DNA from: a virus
Taxonomy: Duplodnaviria > Caudoviricetes
Virus record (IMG/VR): IMGVR_UViG_3300050033_000510
Location: 1-29,902 of that record
DNA: 29,902 nucleotides
Strand: one strand, 5' to 3'
Shown here: piece after piece, positions 8,326-16,361 of the stretch
How the letters are laid out: each line of letters begins with the position of its first letter
How positions within the stretch are numbered: the stretch's first letter is position 1
The notes under the pieces: model-generated
Told to the model about the DNA's origin: nothing
The model's database searches: none
Seen by the model: the letters and a program-made list of their open reading frames with translations, nothing else
Made by a program: the position numbers and the translations under genes

Positions 8326-8691
8326 ATGAAAATAATATGGAATGGCATATTGTACGAGGCAAAAGAGAAGTTTGAATTGAATGGCTTGAAGGGGAAAATC
8401 AAAACTGATATTCCACCTGAGAAGAGAAGTTTAAAGAATAGGCCAAAATATGCAACTGGTAAATCTAAAATTAGATTCCAAGACTGGCTTGATATTAAGA
8501 CTATAGATAACTGTTATGGTAAAGGTAGCGATGGTAAATGGTATGGGTGGAGTCATCGAGCGGTGTATGGATTTGGTATTGGTGACACTGTGAAGAAGGG
8601 TGATGTTGCCTATAAAGGACATGAATACACTATCAAGACTGAGGAGCAGGCTAGGGAAACAGCTAAAGCATTTGCGGATGGAGTGTCGTAA
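8326..8691 (+). CDS. Tagged hypothetical protein
   Basis: MKIIWNGILYEA; contains KWYGWSHRAVYGFGIGD. Confidence 0.75.
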   Translation: MKIIWNGILYEAKEKFELNGLKGKIKTDIPPEKRSLKNRPKYATGKSKIRFQDWLDIKTIDNCYGKGSDGKWYGWSHRAVYGFGIGDTVKKGDVAYKGHEYTIKTEEQARETAKAFADGVS

Positions 8692-9995
8692 TGAAATATT
8701 TCTACAAAGGCCATATCTATGAAATGCAAGACTATAATGATGATACTGAATATGATAAGAATAGTGTTAATTTGATTAACCTTGGTTTGATATTCGGTCA
8801 TCCTGTCACTAATGGTAAAGGAATTGAGGTTGAATACAAGAATAGAAAGATAATAATAACACCTTCAGTTATAAGAAAGATTAGAAAACCATTACCTAGA
8901 TACAAAAAAGACATTAAGTATGATGAAATACCTGCATATGCGATAACTGATGGTCGTTCAGGTGGATCCGTTCCGAAAGATAAAGCCAGGGAATTCTTAA
9001 AGTCTATTAAAGCTAAAATTGATGGTAAAGCTCCGTTAGAAGAAGTCTATAGTAATTCTAATAGTTCATTACTTGGATATGTTAAAGACGATGACATTGA
9101 TATTGGAGAATACCCATATTCTGAATTCTTCCATGATTGGATGTTTGACCATGATGAAGAAGCATTGCGAAGATTTGAGGATGAACATTCATGGGATGAT
9201 ATTCACGAAATACTTAAGGCTTTCCCAAATGAAGTAAAAGAATTTACCGAAGATGTCAGGTCTGGAAAATATAATAATGAACCCGATATGAATGGTAAGA
9301 CAAAAGTACATATGTCATTAGAGAATAAGAAATTAATACCTAGAACTACTTGGTTGGTACATTTTTCTGAGAATGCAGGTCAAATAGTAACTAATGGATT
9401 CACTCAAGGTGCCGAAGATATGACTGACTTGGCGTTAACAAAAAATAGAGGAGGTAAGAAATATCCTGGTTATAATTTCGCTTTTATCGCTGATTCAAAA
9501 TATGCTAATAGAGCTGCAGCAAATCCATACTCTGGAAGAAATAGTGATGCCGGGAAATATGGTAAAGATGCTGTAATGTTCATGAACTCAGGGGTTCACT
9601 TCTATCATTATGGCGACGAAGAAGATCAAATAGTATTCTATGGACCTGAAGTTAATGATTTTATTCTACTCGATTATGTTGACGGTAAATATGTGGTTCA
9701 TGGAAACAACAAATATAAAGGCCATGATTACTTGTTTGTTCCAAAAGAAGATACAAATTCATTTGATCAGTGTGTTGAATGGGTTAAAACTAATTGGAAA
9801 CAATATAGTAAAGTATTGTTATTTCATGTAAATACAAAGAGAACTCCAATTTCAGAAGGGTTCTTTTCATCTTTGGCTTCGGCTGCAGGTGATGGTGTTT
9901 TGAAGGGAATGGGTTTTGGTGAAGTACCTGGGCGAACTAAAGAAGCCGTAACTTTACCCAAGGAAAAGGATCATAAAAATGCCAGTAGAAAATAA
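8691..9995 (+). CDS. Tagged multidomain protein, possible divergent ART-like domain
   Basis: MKYFYKGHIYEM; WLVHFS..IVTNGF...GYNFAF...DEEDQIVF pattern. Domain call tentative. Confidence 0.6.
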   Translation: MKYFYKGHIYEMQDYNDDTEYDKNSVNLINLGLIFGHPVTNGKGIEVEYKNRKIIITPSVIRKIRKPLPRYKKDIKYDEIPAYAITDGRSGGSVPKDKAREFLKSIKAKIDGKAPLEEVYSNSNSSLLGYVKDDDIDIGEYPYSEFFHDWMFDHDEEALRRFEDEHSWDDIHEILKAFPNEVKEFTEDVRSGKYNNEPDMNGKTKVHMSLENKKLIPRTTWLVHFSENAGQIVTNGFTQGAEDMTDLALTKNRGGKKYPGYNFAFIADSKYANRAAANPYSGRNSDAGKYGKDAVMFMNSGVHFYHYGDEEDQIVFYGPEVNDFILLDYVDGKYVVHGNNKYKGHDYLFVPKEDTNSFDQCVEWVKTNWKQYSKVLLFHVNTKRTPISEGFFSSLASAAGDGVLKGMGFGEVPGRTKEAVTLPKEKDHKNASRK

Positions 9996-10668
9996 AGGGG
10001 ATGGTTGTTATCACGTACACAACACGACTACTAAGAAATGTTTATCTAAGAAGAAGGCTAATAAGCAATTAGCTGCTATTGAAATAGCTAAACACATGCA
10101 TGAAGCTATTATGGAAATGTTTGAACCAAATAGATCTCCGATTCAGAATAGTTCATATATGAGTACCACCGAAGATCAACATGGAGATGATTCTGAATAT
10201 GAATCTGAATTCGACGTTAGAGATAACGACGTACCTGAAGGTTCTCCTTATTGGGGTAGAAAAGCGGCTGGTTGTTTATTCTATGCACTGTCTACTGGTA
10301 ATGTTCTATTTGCCTTGCGTTCAGATAAGGTGATGGAGCCAAATACTTGGGCTGGTTTCGGTGGAAAAGTTGATGGAGCTGAAACTCCAATTGAGGCGCT
10401 TGAGCGAGAACTAGACGAAGAAGCTGGTTTCGTTGATATGGCTGATTATATCGGAGTCAGTGTTTTCGAAGACCCCGAACATGATTTTGAATACTATAAT
10501 TATCTAGTTTTGGTTAAAGAAGAATTTAACCCAACACTAAATCAAGAAACTTCCGGGTTTAAGTGGACTAGAATTGAGACTCCACCTACACCTTTACACC
10601 CTGGTTTGACTGAAGCTATGCCATATTACGTAGCTGCAGTGAGAAAGATTCAAAATGAAAAGGCATAA
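9979..10668 (+). CDS. Nudix hydrolase
   Basis: GGKVDGAETPIEALERELDEEAG matches GX5EX7REUXEEXG; C-terminal PLHPG. Confidence 0.92.
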   Translation: MPVENKGDGCYHVHNTTTKKCLSKKKANKQLAAIEIAKHMHEAIMEMFEPNRSPIQNSSYMSTTEDQHGDDSEYESEFDVRDNDVPEGSPYWGRKAAGCLFYALSTGNVLFALRSDKVMEPNTWAGFGGKVDGAETPIEALERELDEEAGFVDMADYIGVSVFEDPEHDFEYYNYLVLVKEEFNPTLNQETSGFKWTRIETPPTPLHPGLTEAMPYYVAAVRKIQNEKA

Positions 10669-10990
10669 GATCGCTGATCTGAAGAGGAGCATACTCGAAT
10701 CTAGTGTAACTAGGGAAAATATACTCTGTCTATTAGAATCTCAGTTACCACCTGAACCATATGTAACTGGTTATTGGAAAGGCACTTCAATAGATCTACC
10801 TGATGGAGTAGAATTGAAGACTGCTTTAGGTATGAAAATGATGGGTAAGGGTCTACCTGTTAAAGTATACAATAAAGATGGGGAGTATACTGCTTTTCAA
10901 GTTACAGCCAGCGGAGAATATCCAATTCAACTGACTTATGTGCTAAATGAGAGCATTGAGAGAGTTACCGATATTGTAGTTTTCGACTAG
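10655..10990 (+). CDS. Hypothetical protein
   Basis: Overlapping operon member with ILES, LLES and LNES motifs. Confidence 0.65.
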   Translation: MKRHKIADLKRSILESSVTRENILCLLESQLPPEPYVTGYWKGTSIDLPDGVELKTALGMKMMGKGLPVKVYNKDGEYTAFQVTASGEYPIQLTYVLNESIERVTDIVVFD

Positions 10991-10991
10991 A

Positions 10992-11000
10992 TGCTACAAT
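10992..11000 (+). promoter_or_regulatory. Extended -10 promoter TGCTACAAT
   Basis: Exact motif upstream of SD AAGGAG (11019-11024). Confidence 0.65.
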
Positions 11001-11030
11001 ATATTTGAAAGCCTGACTAAGGAGTAATGG

Positions 11031-11192
11031 ATGATGAAGGGTTTAGTAGCTGCAATTTTGATATATTTCATAATTTGGTACGGTCTTATTCGACCTGATC
11101 AGTTTGCTAGTTTGTTGGAGACTGTCACATATTGGGGAGATTTGATTCTAGATCAGCTCTCGACACATGTTCTACGATTGGGATCCGATTAA
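11031..11192 (+). CDS. 53-aa single-TM protein
   Basis: Not in ORF track. MMKGLVAAILIYFIIWYGLIRPDQF...; own promoter and SD; 68-nt convergent overlap with 11125..11679. Confidence 0.6.
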   Translation: MMKGLVAAILIYFIIWYGLIRPDQFASLLETVTYWGDLILDQLSTHVLRLGSD

Positions 11193-11679
11193 TACTTGAT
11201 TCCCAAAACGGGCTTCTTATATTAATCACAGGTATGTTGCGAGCCGTAGCTATTCGAACGGCTTGACCTGTGCCTCCTTGAACTTCTCCATTTTTTACGT
11301 CAGCGCAACAAACAACGAAATCAACTCCAGGTAAATGATCAACTCCATTTACTTGGAAATAATTTCGACTCATCAATTTCTTAGCAGCCTCTGACAGCCG
11401 ATTAGGTGCTGGATGATATTCAAATATAGAATCAATTGATTCTTTACTATGGCATACAACTTTATGTATTTGGTGTTCTAGATGATAATTAAAACCAACC
11501 CATGGTCTAAAACTAACACCGTGCCCTTCGCACGATAATTCGAATGTTTGATCCGAACCTTCAGCTCCACCTGAGTATAGAACATATCCCTTAGCTAATA
11601 GAATCTTAGCTATTTTGTGTAGTAGTGTTTCCTCTTTTTTGCTTATGTGCCTAGAGCCTATTCCGGCATATGAATGCAT
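11125..11679 (-). CDS. SLOG/DprA(Smf)-like nucleotide-binding protein
   Basis: YAGIGSR, LYSGGAEGSDQTFE, GGTGQAVRIA..NIPVINI. Confidence 0.85.
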   Translation of the reverse strand: MHSYAGIGSRHISKKEETLLHKIAKILLAKGYVLYSGGAEGSDQTFELSCEGHGVSFRPWVGFNYHLEHQIHKVVCHSKESIDSIFEYHPAPNRLSEAAKKLMSRNYFQVNGVDHLPGVDFVVCCADVKNGEVQGGTGQAVRIATARNIPVINIRSPFWESSINRIPIVEHVSRADLESNLPNM

Positions 11680-11867
11680 CTAAGTAAACTCCTAAACGAC
11701 TTAGGCTTGAAGATTAGAGACATGATAAAGTAGTAAAAACAACACAGAATAACACCAACGATAACTTTAGGGATTATATCCCAAGATGTTATTAGTACTG
11801 TTAGGTTTGAGAACATTCCACATAGAATAGCAATTACTATTTTGCTGATCTTTTTTGTATCTTCCAT
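11658..11867 (-). CDS. Small two-TM protein
   Basis: Two hydrophobic helices; in operon. Confidence 0.6.
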   Translation of the reverse strand: MEDTKKISKIVIAILCGMFSNLTVLITSWDIIPKVIVGVILCCFYYFIMSLIFKPKSFRSLLRCIHMPE

Positions 11868-12073
11868 TTATAAACCCCGTGTAGGTTAATTATTGTAAAG
11901 ACTATATACATGAAAACCTGAGGGTAATTAACTTGAATCACTAATCCATAATACACCCATAATACGTTGGCGACCATATAAAAAAACATGCCGTAGAAAT
12001 TTTTGTAATTTATGAGTAAACTACCACATACTGCAATCACAGCTGTAATCCAGCCGAGTACTTGTTGATTCAT
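11837..12073 (-). CDS. 3-TM PnuC/SemiSWEET-like half transporter
   Basis: Three TMs; ANVLW and INLHGVYKW motifs resemble the PnuC C-terminal repeat. Confidence 0.6.
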   Translation of the reverse strand: MNQQVLGWITAVIAVCGSLLINYKNFYGMFFYMVANVLWVYYGLVIQVNYPQVFMYIVFTIINLHGVYKWKIQKRSAK

Positions 12074-12079
12074 GTGAAG

Positions 12080-12108
12080 AAGATACTATATAATGTGGCA
12101 TGGGTCAA
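12080..12108 (-). promoter_or_regulatory. Sigma70 promoter TTGACC-N17-TATCTT, leaderless
   Basis: 6 nt before ATG 12073. Confidence 0.75.
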
Positions 12109-12116
12109 CTTTTTTG

Positions 12117-12145
12117 TTGATATTTTAGGAAGTCTCTAGTATCTT
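12117..12145 (+). promoter_or_regulatory. Sigma70 promoter TTGATA-N17-TATCTT, leaderless
   Basis: 6 nt before ATG 12152. Confidence 0.75.
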
Positions 12146-12151
12146 AGCCAT

Positions 12152-12562
12152 ATGAATACAAAACTAATACTTGTCAGAGGTGCTTCAGGGTCAGGTAAGT
12201 CAACCTATGCACGTAAGCTCGCTGAGGAAATTGGCGCTGAGGTGTATGAGGCGGATTATTACTTCCTTGTGAACGGAGAATACGTCTTCGATCCGAAGAA
12301 GCTCGGATGGGCTCACAAGTCGAACCAGGATAGAACTCGCAAGAGTCTCGAAGAAGGTAAGACTGTGATTGTGGCAAACACCCTCACGACTTCTCGCGAA
12401 ATTCGAGACTATACTTCAATCGCCGAATCGCTTGGTATTCCGGTTGAAGTGTATCGCTCGAACGCAACATTCGGCAACGTACACGGGGTGCCTGATGAGA
12501 AGGTTGCGCAGATGAGAGCTAGAATGGTTGATTACCCTGGGGAAGTCATCATCAACTCTTAA
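12152..12562 (+). CDS. P-loop kinase (AAA_33 / polynucleotide-kinase-like)
   Basis: LILVRGASGSGKST, EADYYF, VIVANT, NVHGVP. Confidence 0.88.
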   Translation: MNTKLILVRGASGSGKSTYARKLAEEIGAEVYEADYYFLVNGEYVFDPKKLGWAHKSNQDRTRKSLEEGKTVIVANTLTTSREIRDYTSIAESLGIPVEVYRSNATFGNVHGVPDEKVAQMRARMVDYPGEVIINS

Positions 12563-12858
12563 TCGCAGTTAGACAACCACGAAATGATACGCAGATACTT
12601 CTCATAGTATCTGCGTTTTTCGTTTATGCATGATGCCTTCAATATGTACGCCCACTTCGCACCGTTTTCTACCTTAGCTCTACAAAGTAGACATACTGGT
12701 AATTGCTTACATTCTACTTCAATCTTATGATAGAAATCTATTTTGTTATTACACAAGCAACATTCGTCGCCAAATAGCTTCTTCATTCTTACTAGGTTTT
12801 TATCCACGGGGTTTAGCAACTTATCAACGAGATCCTGCAAGTGAGAGAAAAACCCCAT
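12559..12858 (-). CDS. Small Zn-ribbon-like protein
   Basis: CCLC...CLLC. Start reassigned to MGFF (12858, purine-rich SD), which avoids overlap with the upstream gene. Confidence 0.55.
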   Translation of the reverse strand: MGFFSHLQDLVDKLLNPVDKNLVRMKKLFGDECCLCNNKIDFYHKIEVECKQLPVCLLCRAKVENGAKWAYILKASCINEKRRYYEKYLRIISWLSNCD

Positions 12859-12895
12859 GATGAACCCCTTTTTTATTCGCTCATATTGCTGATAT

Positions 12896-13639
12896 TTATT
12901 TAATTGTAGACATATTTGTATTTTTAATTTTCTTCCAAATCGAATATAGTGTAGTTGATATTTGCTGCCTTGCGTCGTCCGTGAGCACATCGTTATAGTA
13001 TGTGTGGAAATCTTTTTCTGGGATCTTCCCTATTTTTTCAAACATTTCTTCCATGAAAGGTCCGAAGTCGTAGCCTGATACTTCATTAGCGAAAGTAGTA
13101 TTTTCCTTTAAGTAAATTAACACTTCATGTAAAAAAGAATTTATTTCAAGTGTATTATTTGAATACCCGAAGTTATATCCTTCTATATTATGGTCTGGAT
13201 TATTTGGTTGTATCCCGTATCCGTCTTTTTTAAATTCACCATTTATGTCTTGATAGAAGTGATTTAATTCATGTGCGATTCCGGTGTAGTCTCTACCATA
13301 TAGTGTTCCAGTCTTTCTAATTCTATCTGGTATTTGAATTAATGGGTATTTGAGTCCAGACCTATCAGTTACATGGTAATAGAAATCATTGCTATTGACA
13401 TATCCAATTCTCAAATCTTTCAACTCAGCCGGGGTTTCCATGTTGAGTTTAGATAGAACATCGCCTAACTTGAAAATATCACCGTCTGCTATTTTAGTTC
13501 CGCTATTGTATGCTGAAATTATTGCATTCAGTATTAGTTTAGAATTGACTTGTAGTTTATCCGCATACTTTTCATTCAATACTCCAGTATTGGATTTACT
13601 CTCAGATTCATAAACAATTCCACGGTATATCAATTTCAT
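12896..13639 (-). CDS. Tagged zincin-like metallopeptidase
   Basis: MKLIYRGIVYES; IAHELNHFYQ (HExxH) plus downstream EINSF. Confidence 0.72.
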   Translation of the reverse strand: MKLIYRGIVYESESKSNTGVLNEKYADKLQVNSKLILNAIISAYNSGTKIADGDIFKLGDVLSKLNMETPAELKDLRIGYVNSNDFYYHVTDRSGLKYPLIQIPDRIRKTGTLYGRDYTGIAHELNHFYQDINGEFKKDGYGIQPNNPDHNIEGYNFGYSNNTLEINSFLHEVLIYLKENTTFANEVSGYDFGPFMEEMFEKIGKIPEKDFHTYYNDVLTDDARQQISTTLYSIWKKIKNTNMSTIK

Positions 13640-13644
13640 GTGGA

Positions 13645-13651
13645 TATTTAG
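13645..13651 (-). promoter_or_regulatory. Late promoter CTAAATA
   Basis: CTAAATATCCAC-ATG, identical to 8314-8328. Confidence 0.8.
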
Positions 13652-13683
13652 TGTTTACCTTATGCTAATCGGCTAACGTACCT

Positions 13684-13690
13684 CTAAATA
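13684..13690 (+). promoter_or_regulatory. Late promoter CTAAATA
   Basis: Followed by SD GAGGT and ATG 13707. Confidence 0.75.
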
Positions 13691-13706
13691 TACTAACGAG
13701 GTAATC

Positions 13707-14354
13707 ATGGCGATCATAACTTTAGGTGGAGTTGAATACATAACAGAAGCGATAGAAGATGAATCTATACCAGCTCATGATTATGATAGTGTGATAAATG
13801 TGTCTGAAGCGCAAGATCCAGATGAATGGTTTGGGCGCGTACAATCTGAATGGCCTAATCTGCCAGATGAGATTAAGCATAAGGTTATTGATAGCACTGG
13901 CGCATATGTCGGACAGTTGAATAGTCAAGTAAATGCACCAGCTCCTGCCGCACCTCCAGCACCTGGAACAACGCCGAGTCTAGAATCAGACCCTAATGAC
14001 GTACAGAATGATCCAAATGCAACAGTTACAGAAGCTCCATTAGATGAAGCGGTAAAGGATTCTGCGGGTAATGAAGTATATGATTTCACCGAAGGTAAGC
14101 AGCACGCCAAAGCCCTTGACAATGCAGCACTAGAGCATGTAAGAAAAGATCTTATTGATGTCATTAAGATTCAAGAAAAGTCTCACAGTGCAGGTCACAA
14201 TACACCAAAGCTCGGATATTATTGGGACGAATACTGGACTGTTATTGATGAAATTGCCCGTAGAATGAAGGCTGGTCAGCAATTCAATCTAGAGCCATGG
14301 TCGCTAGATGGTGGTAGACAGGTTGATGATAAGATACAGGAACTAGGAGAATAA
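13707..14354 (+). CDS. Late acidic protein, probable internal head protein
   Basis: ITEA, VSEA, VTEA and LDEA candidate protease sites; Pro/Ala linker. Confidence 0.65.
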   Translation: MAIITLGGVEYITEAIEDESIPAHDYDSVINVSEAQDPDEWFGRVQSEWPNLPDEIKHKVIDSTGAYVGQLNSQVNAPAPAAPPAPGTTPSLESDPNDVQNDPNATVTEAPLDEAVKDSAGNEVYDFTEGKQHAKALDNAALEHVRKDLIDVIKIQEKSHSAGHNTPKLGYYWDEYWTVIDEIARRMKAGQQFNLEPWSLDGGRQVDDKIQELGE

Positions 14355-14383
14355 AAAGAAAAGACCTCGAAAGAGGTCTTTTT
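14352..14383. terminator. Bidirectional intrinsic terminator
   Basis: AAGACCTC-GAAA-GAGGTCTT flanked by A and T runs, between convergent genes. Confidence 0.9.
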
Positions 14384-14384
14384 G

Positions 14385-15044
14385 TTAGCTCAAATCTCTT
14401 ATGTCTTTTTCTGTTGCTAGGAACTCTCGCTTAAAAACAGTAGGTCCTAATTGTTCTAGCATACACTTAGCCCATTCAACATCTCGACCTTGTACATCTT
14501 TCCAAGTCACTACCTGCCTTGGTAGACGTAATCCAATTTCATTTTCTAGGTCGAAAATGTGAACAATTGGTTTTTCTGGTAAATTAACCGCTATCTCAAT
14601 ATCGTGAGGTAGTCTCATTTCATAGTTATAGAAAATGTAGTCGTATTCTGTATGTGCTCTTATTTTATTAGAAATTAGTATTGAGCTACCGTTAATACAT
14701 TGGCATAGTATAGTGTCACTTTGTTTAAAGAATTTAAACTCATATGGTATTAGGTTTTTAATTTTTGCTATTATCTCATATAGTTCATTTTGATGATGTC
14801 TAATATGCTCAAACTTAGTTCCTATTAGTATTTTAGTCCCTGGGTAAAATATTGCTTTCCATATTGAACTTGCATATATTGAATAATTTTTACCAGTCTG
14901 TCTAGCCCATGTGTGAATATAATGCTCGTCTAATAGAGCTAAGGATTTTATTTGATAATCCCTAAGTTGAACACCTAATACTTCACGGATAAACTTTACC
15001 GGATTCTTTCGGTATATTCGAAAAGTCTGATCATCCATTTGCAT
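14385..15044 (-). CDS. Truncated degenerate terminase-ATPase paralog
   Basis: Aligns by eye to TerL in this window: KNPVKFI/KDPIYFI, LRDYQI/LRPYQI, WARQTGK/WGRQSGK, WKAIFYP/WKIIFNP, WKDVQGRDVEW/WNDVPGRDDDW, LGPTVFKREF/LGEVAFKQEY. No Walker B DE and no nuclease domain. Confidence 0.88.
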   Translation of the reverse strand: MQMDDQTFRIYRKNPVKFIREVLGVQLRDYQIKSLALLDEHYIHTWARQTGKNYSIYASSIWKAIFYPGTKILIGTKFEHIRHHQNELYEIIAKIKNLIPYEFKFFKQSDTILCQCINGSSILISNKIRAHTEYDYIFYNYEMRLPHDIEIAVNLPEKPIVHIFDLENEIGLRLPRQVVTWKDVQGRDVEWAKCMLEQLGPTVFKREFLATEKDIRDLS

Positions 15045-15441
15045 TAGTTTCCTCTACATTTGGTTTCCTAGTGTAGACTGACACTTCAACATCCTTGATT
15101 TCAGCTTCGAACTCAAATTCTTCGTATATTTTTTTCAATTTATTCATAGAGATGTCACTAGCTGGAATCTCTGAAGTTTCTGTGGCGAGTGGTATTAGCT
15201 GTAAGGTGTCTCCGTTCATATCGGCTGAACGAGAAATCAAACTCAATAGTTGACTAAAGTAGCCTTTATTCCGATACTCTGGATAAATTGCAATTAGGTT
15301 AATGAAAACTAAATGCTCGTCATAGTATTCTACTTGTATTCGACCTATGACATTACCTTCAGCGTCATATATCAATCTATGGTTAATCCAAATGCCTTCA
15401 AGCGAGGCCATGTTAATCAATACATCAAGGAATTTCTTCAT
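15031..15441 (-). CDS. GNAT acetyltransferase
   Basis: IAIYPEYRNKGYFS...LKKIYEEFEF. Confidence 0.8.
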   Translation of the reverse strand: MKKFLDVLINMASLEGIWINHRLIYDAEGNVIGRIQVEYYDEHLVFINLIAIYPEYRNKGYFSQLLSLISRSADMNGDTLQLIPLATETSEIPASDISMNKLKKIYEEFEFEAEIKDVEVSVYTRKPNVEETNANG

Positions 15442-15476
15442 TGTGTTCTCTCGATAGAGGAGTCGTGTCTACTGTA

Positions 15477-15485
15477 ATTGTAGCA
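15477..15485 (-). promoter_or_regulatory. Extended -10 promoter TGCTACAAT
   Basis: Heads the GNAT/mini-terminase operon. Confidence 0.7.
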
Positions 15486-15513
15486 AGCTGAGCCAGCATT
15501 TATCGGCCTTTTT

Positions 15514-15520
15514 CTAAATA
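15514..15520 (+). promoter_or_regulatory. Late promoter CTAAATA
   Basis: Followed by SD AAGGAG and ATG 15543. Confidence 0.75.
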
Positions 15521-15542
15521 GAAATGCTAAAGGAGCACGATA

Positions 15543-16331
15543 ATGGCTAAAAAGAAAATTGAAATAAGTAAGAGAAAAATTAAGAAATATGGTTGGAAAG
15601 TTGGTTTGCCTGATCATAGAGATCTATTATTTCAGGTGCCTCATATTGTTCCTGGTAGTTTACCTGCAGTTGTTGATTTGCGACCACATTGCCCTCCTGT
15701 ATTAGATCAGGGTGAATTAGGTAGCTGCACTGCAAATTCGATTGCTAATGCTTACTACTTCGATGAACTCAAGCAAAAAGAAGCATCTGCGTTTGCACCT
15801 TCTAGATTATTCATTTATTACAATGAAAGAGTAATTGAAGGGGATGTTAAGTACGATAATGGAGCCCAGATCAGAGATGGATTTAAGACCATTGCTTCTC
15901 AAGGTGTAGCACCTGAAACTCTATGGCCTTATAACATTGCAAAGTTTGCGAAGAAGCCATCTACTTCAGTGTATTCTGCGGCGTTGAAGCATAAGGCTAT
16001 TTCCTATCAGTCATTAACCCAGGACCTAAACAGTCTTAAGGGTTGTTTGGCTTCAGGTGTTCCTTTCGTATTCGGTTTCACTGTATATGAAAGTTTCGAA
16101 TCTGACGCAGTGGCTAAAACTGGAATAGTGCCAATGCCCGCTAAGACTGAAAAGGTTTTGGGTGGTCACGCTGTTCTATGTGTTGGCTATGACGATGCAA
16201 CTCAGAGATTCCTAGTTATGAATTCATGGGGTACTTCATGGGGTCAGGCTGGATTCTTCACGATACCGTATGCATATCTGACTAATACGTCACTAGCTAG
16301 TGACTTCTGGGTGGTAAAAACAGTGTCATAA
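15543..16331 (+). CDS. Papain-family (C1A) cysteine peptidase
   Basis: DQGELGSCTANS, GGHAVLCVGYDD, NSWGTSWG; catalytic Q/C/H/N intact. Confidence 0.95.
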   Translation: MAKKKIEISKRKIKKYGWKVGLPDHRDLLFQVPHIVPGSLPAVVDLRPHCPPVLDQGELGSCTANSIANAYYFDELKQKEASAFAPSRLFIYYNERVIEGDVKYDNGAQIRDGFKTIASQGVAPETLWPYNIAKFAKKPSTSVYSAALKHKAISYQSLTQDLNSLKGCLASGVPFVFGFTVYESFESDAVAKTGIVPMPAKTEKVLGGHAVLCVGYDDATQRFLVMNSWGTSWGQAGFFTIPYAYLTNTSLASDFWVVKTVS

Positions 16332-16332
16332 T

Positions 16333-16359
16333 AAAAAAGGGGGTCTTAGACCCCCTTTT
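16333..16359. terminator. Bidirectional intrinsic terminator
   Basis: AAAAGGGGGTC-TTA-GACCCCCTTTT. Confidence 0.9.
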
Positions 16360-16361
16360 CA

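Noticed and set aside
12859-12990. N-terminal extension of ORF 12559..12990
   Set aside because: It overlaps 12896..13639; a better start exists at 12858.
14385-15044. Mini-terminase as an intron/intein-split terL fragment
   Set aside because: A complete terL is present, the paralog is diverged throughout, and a terminator follows it.
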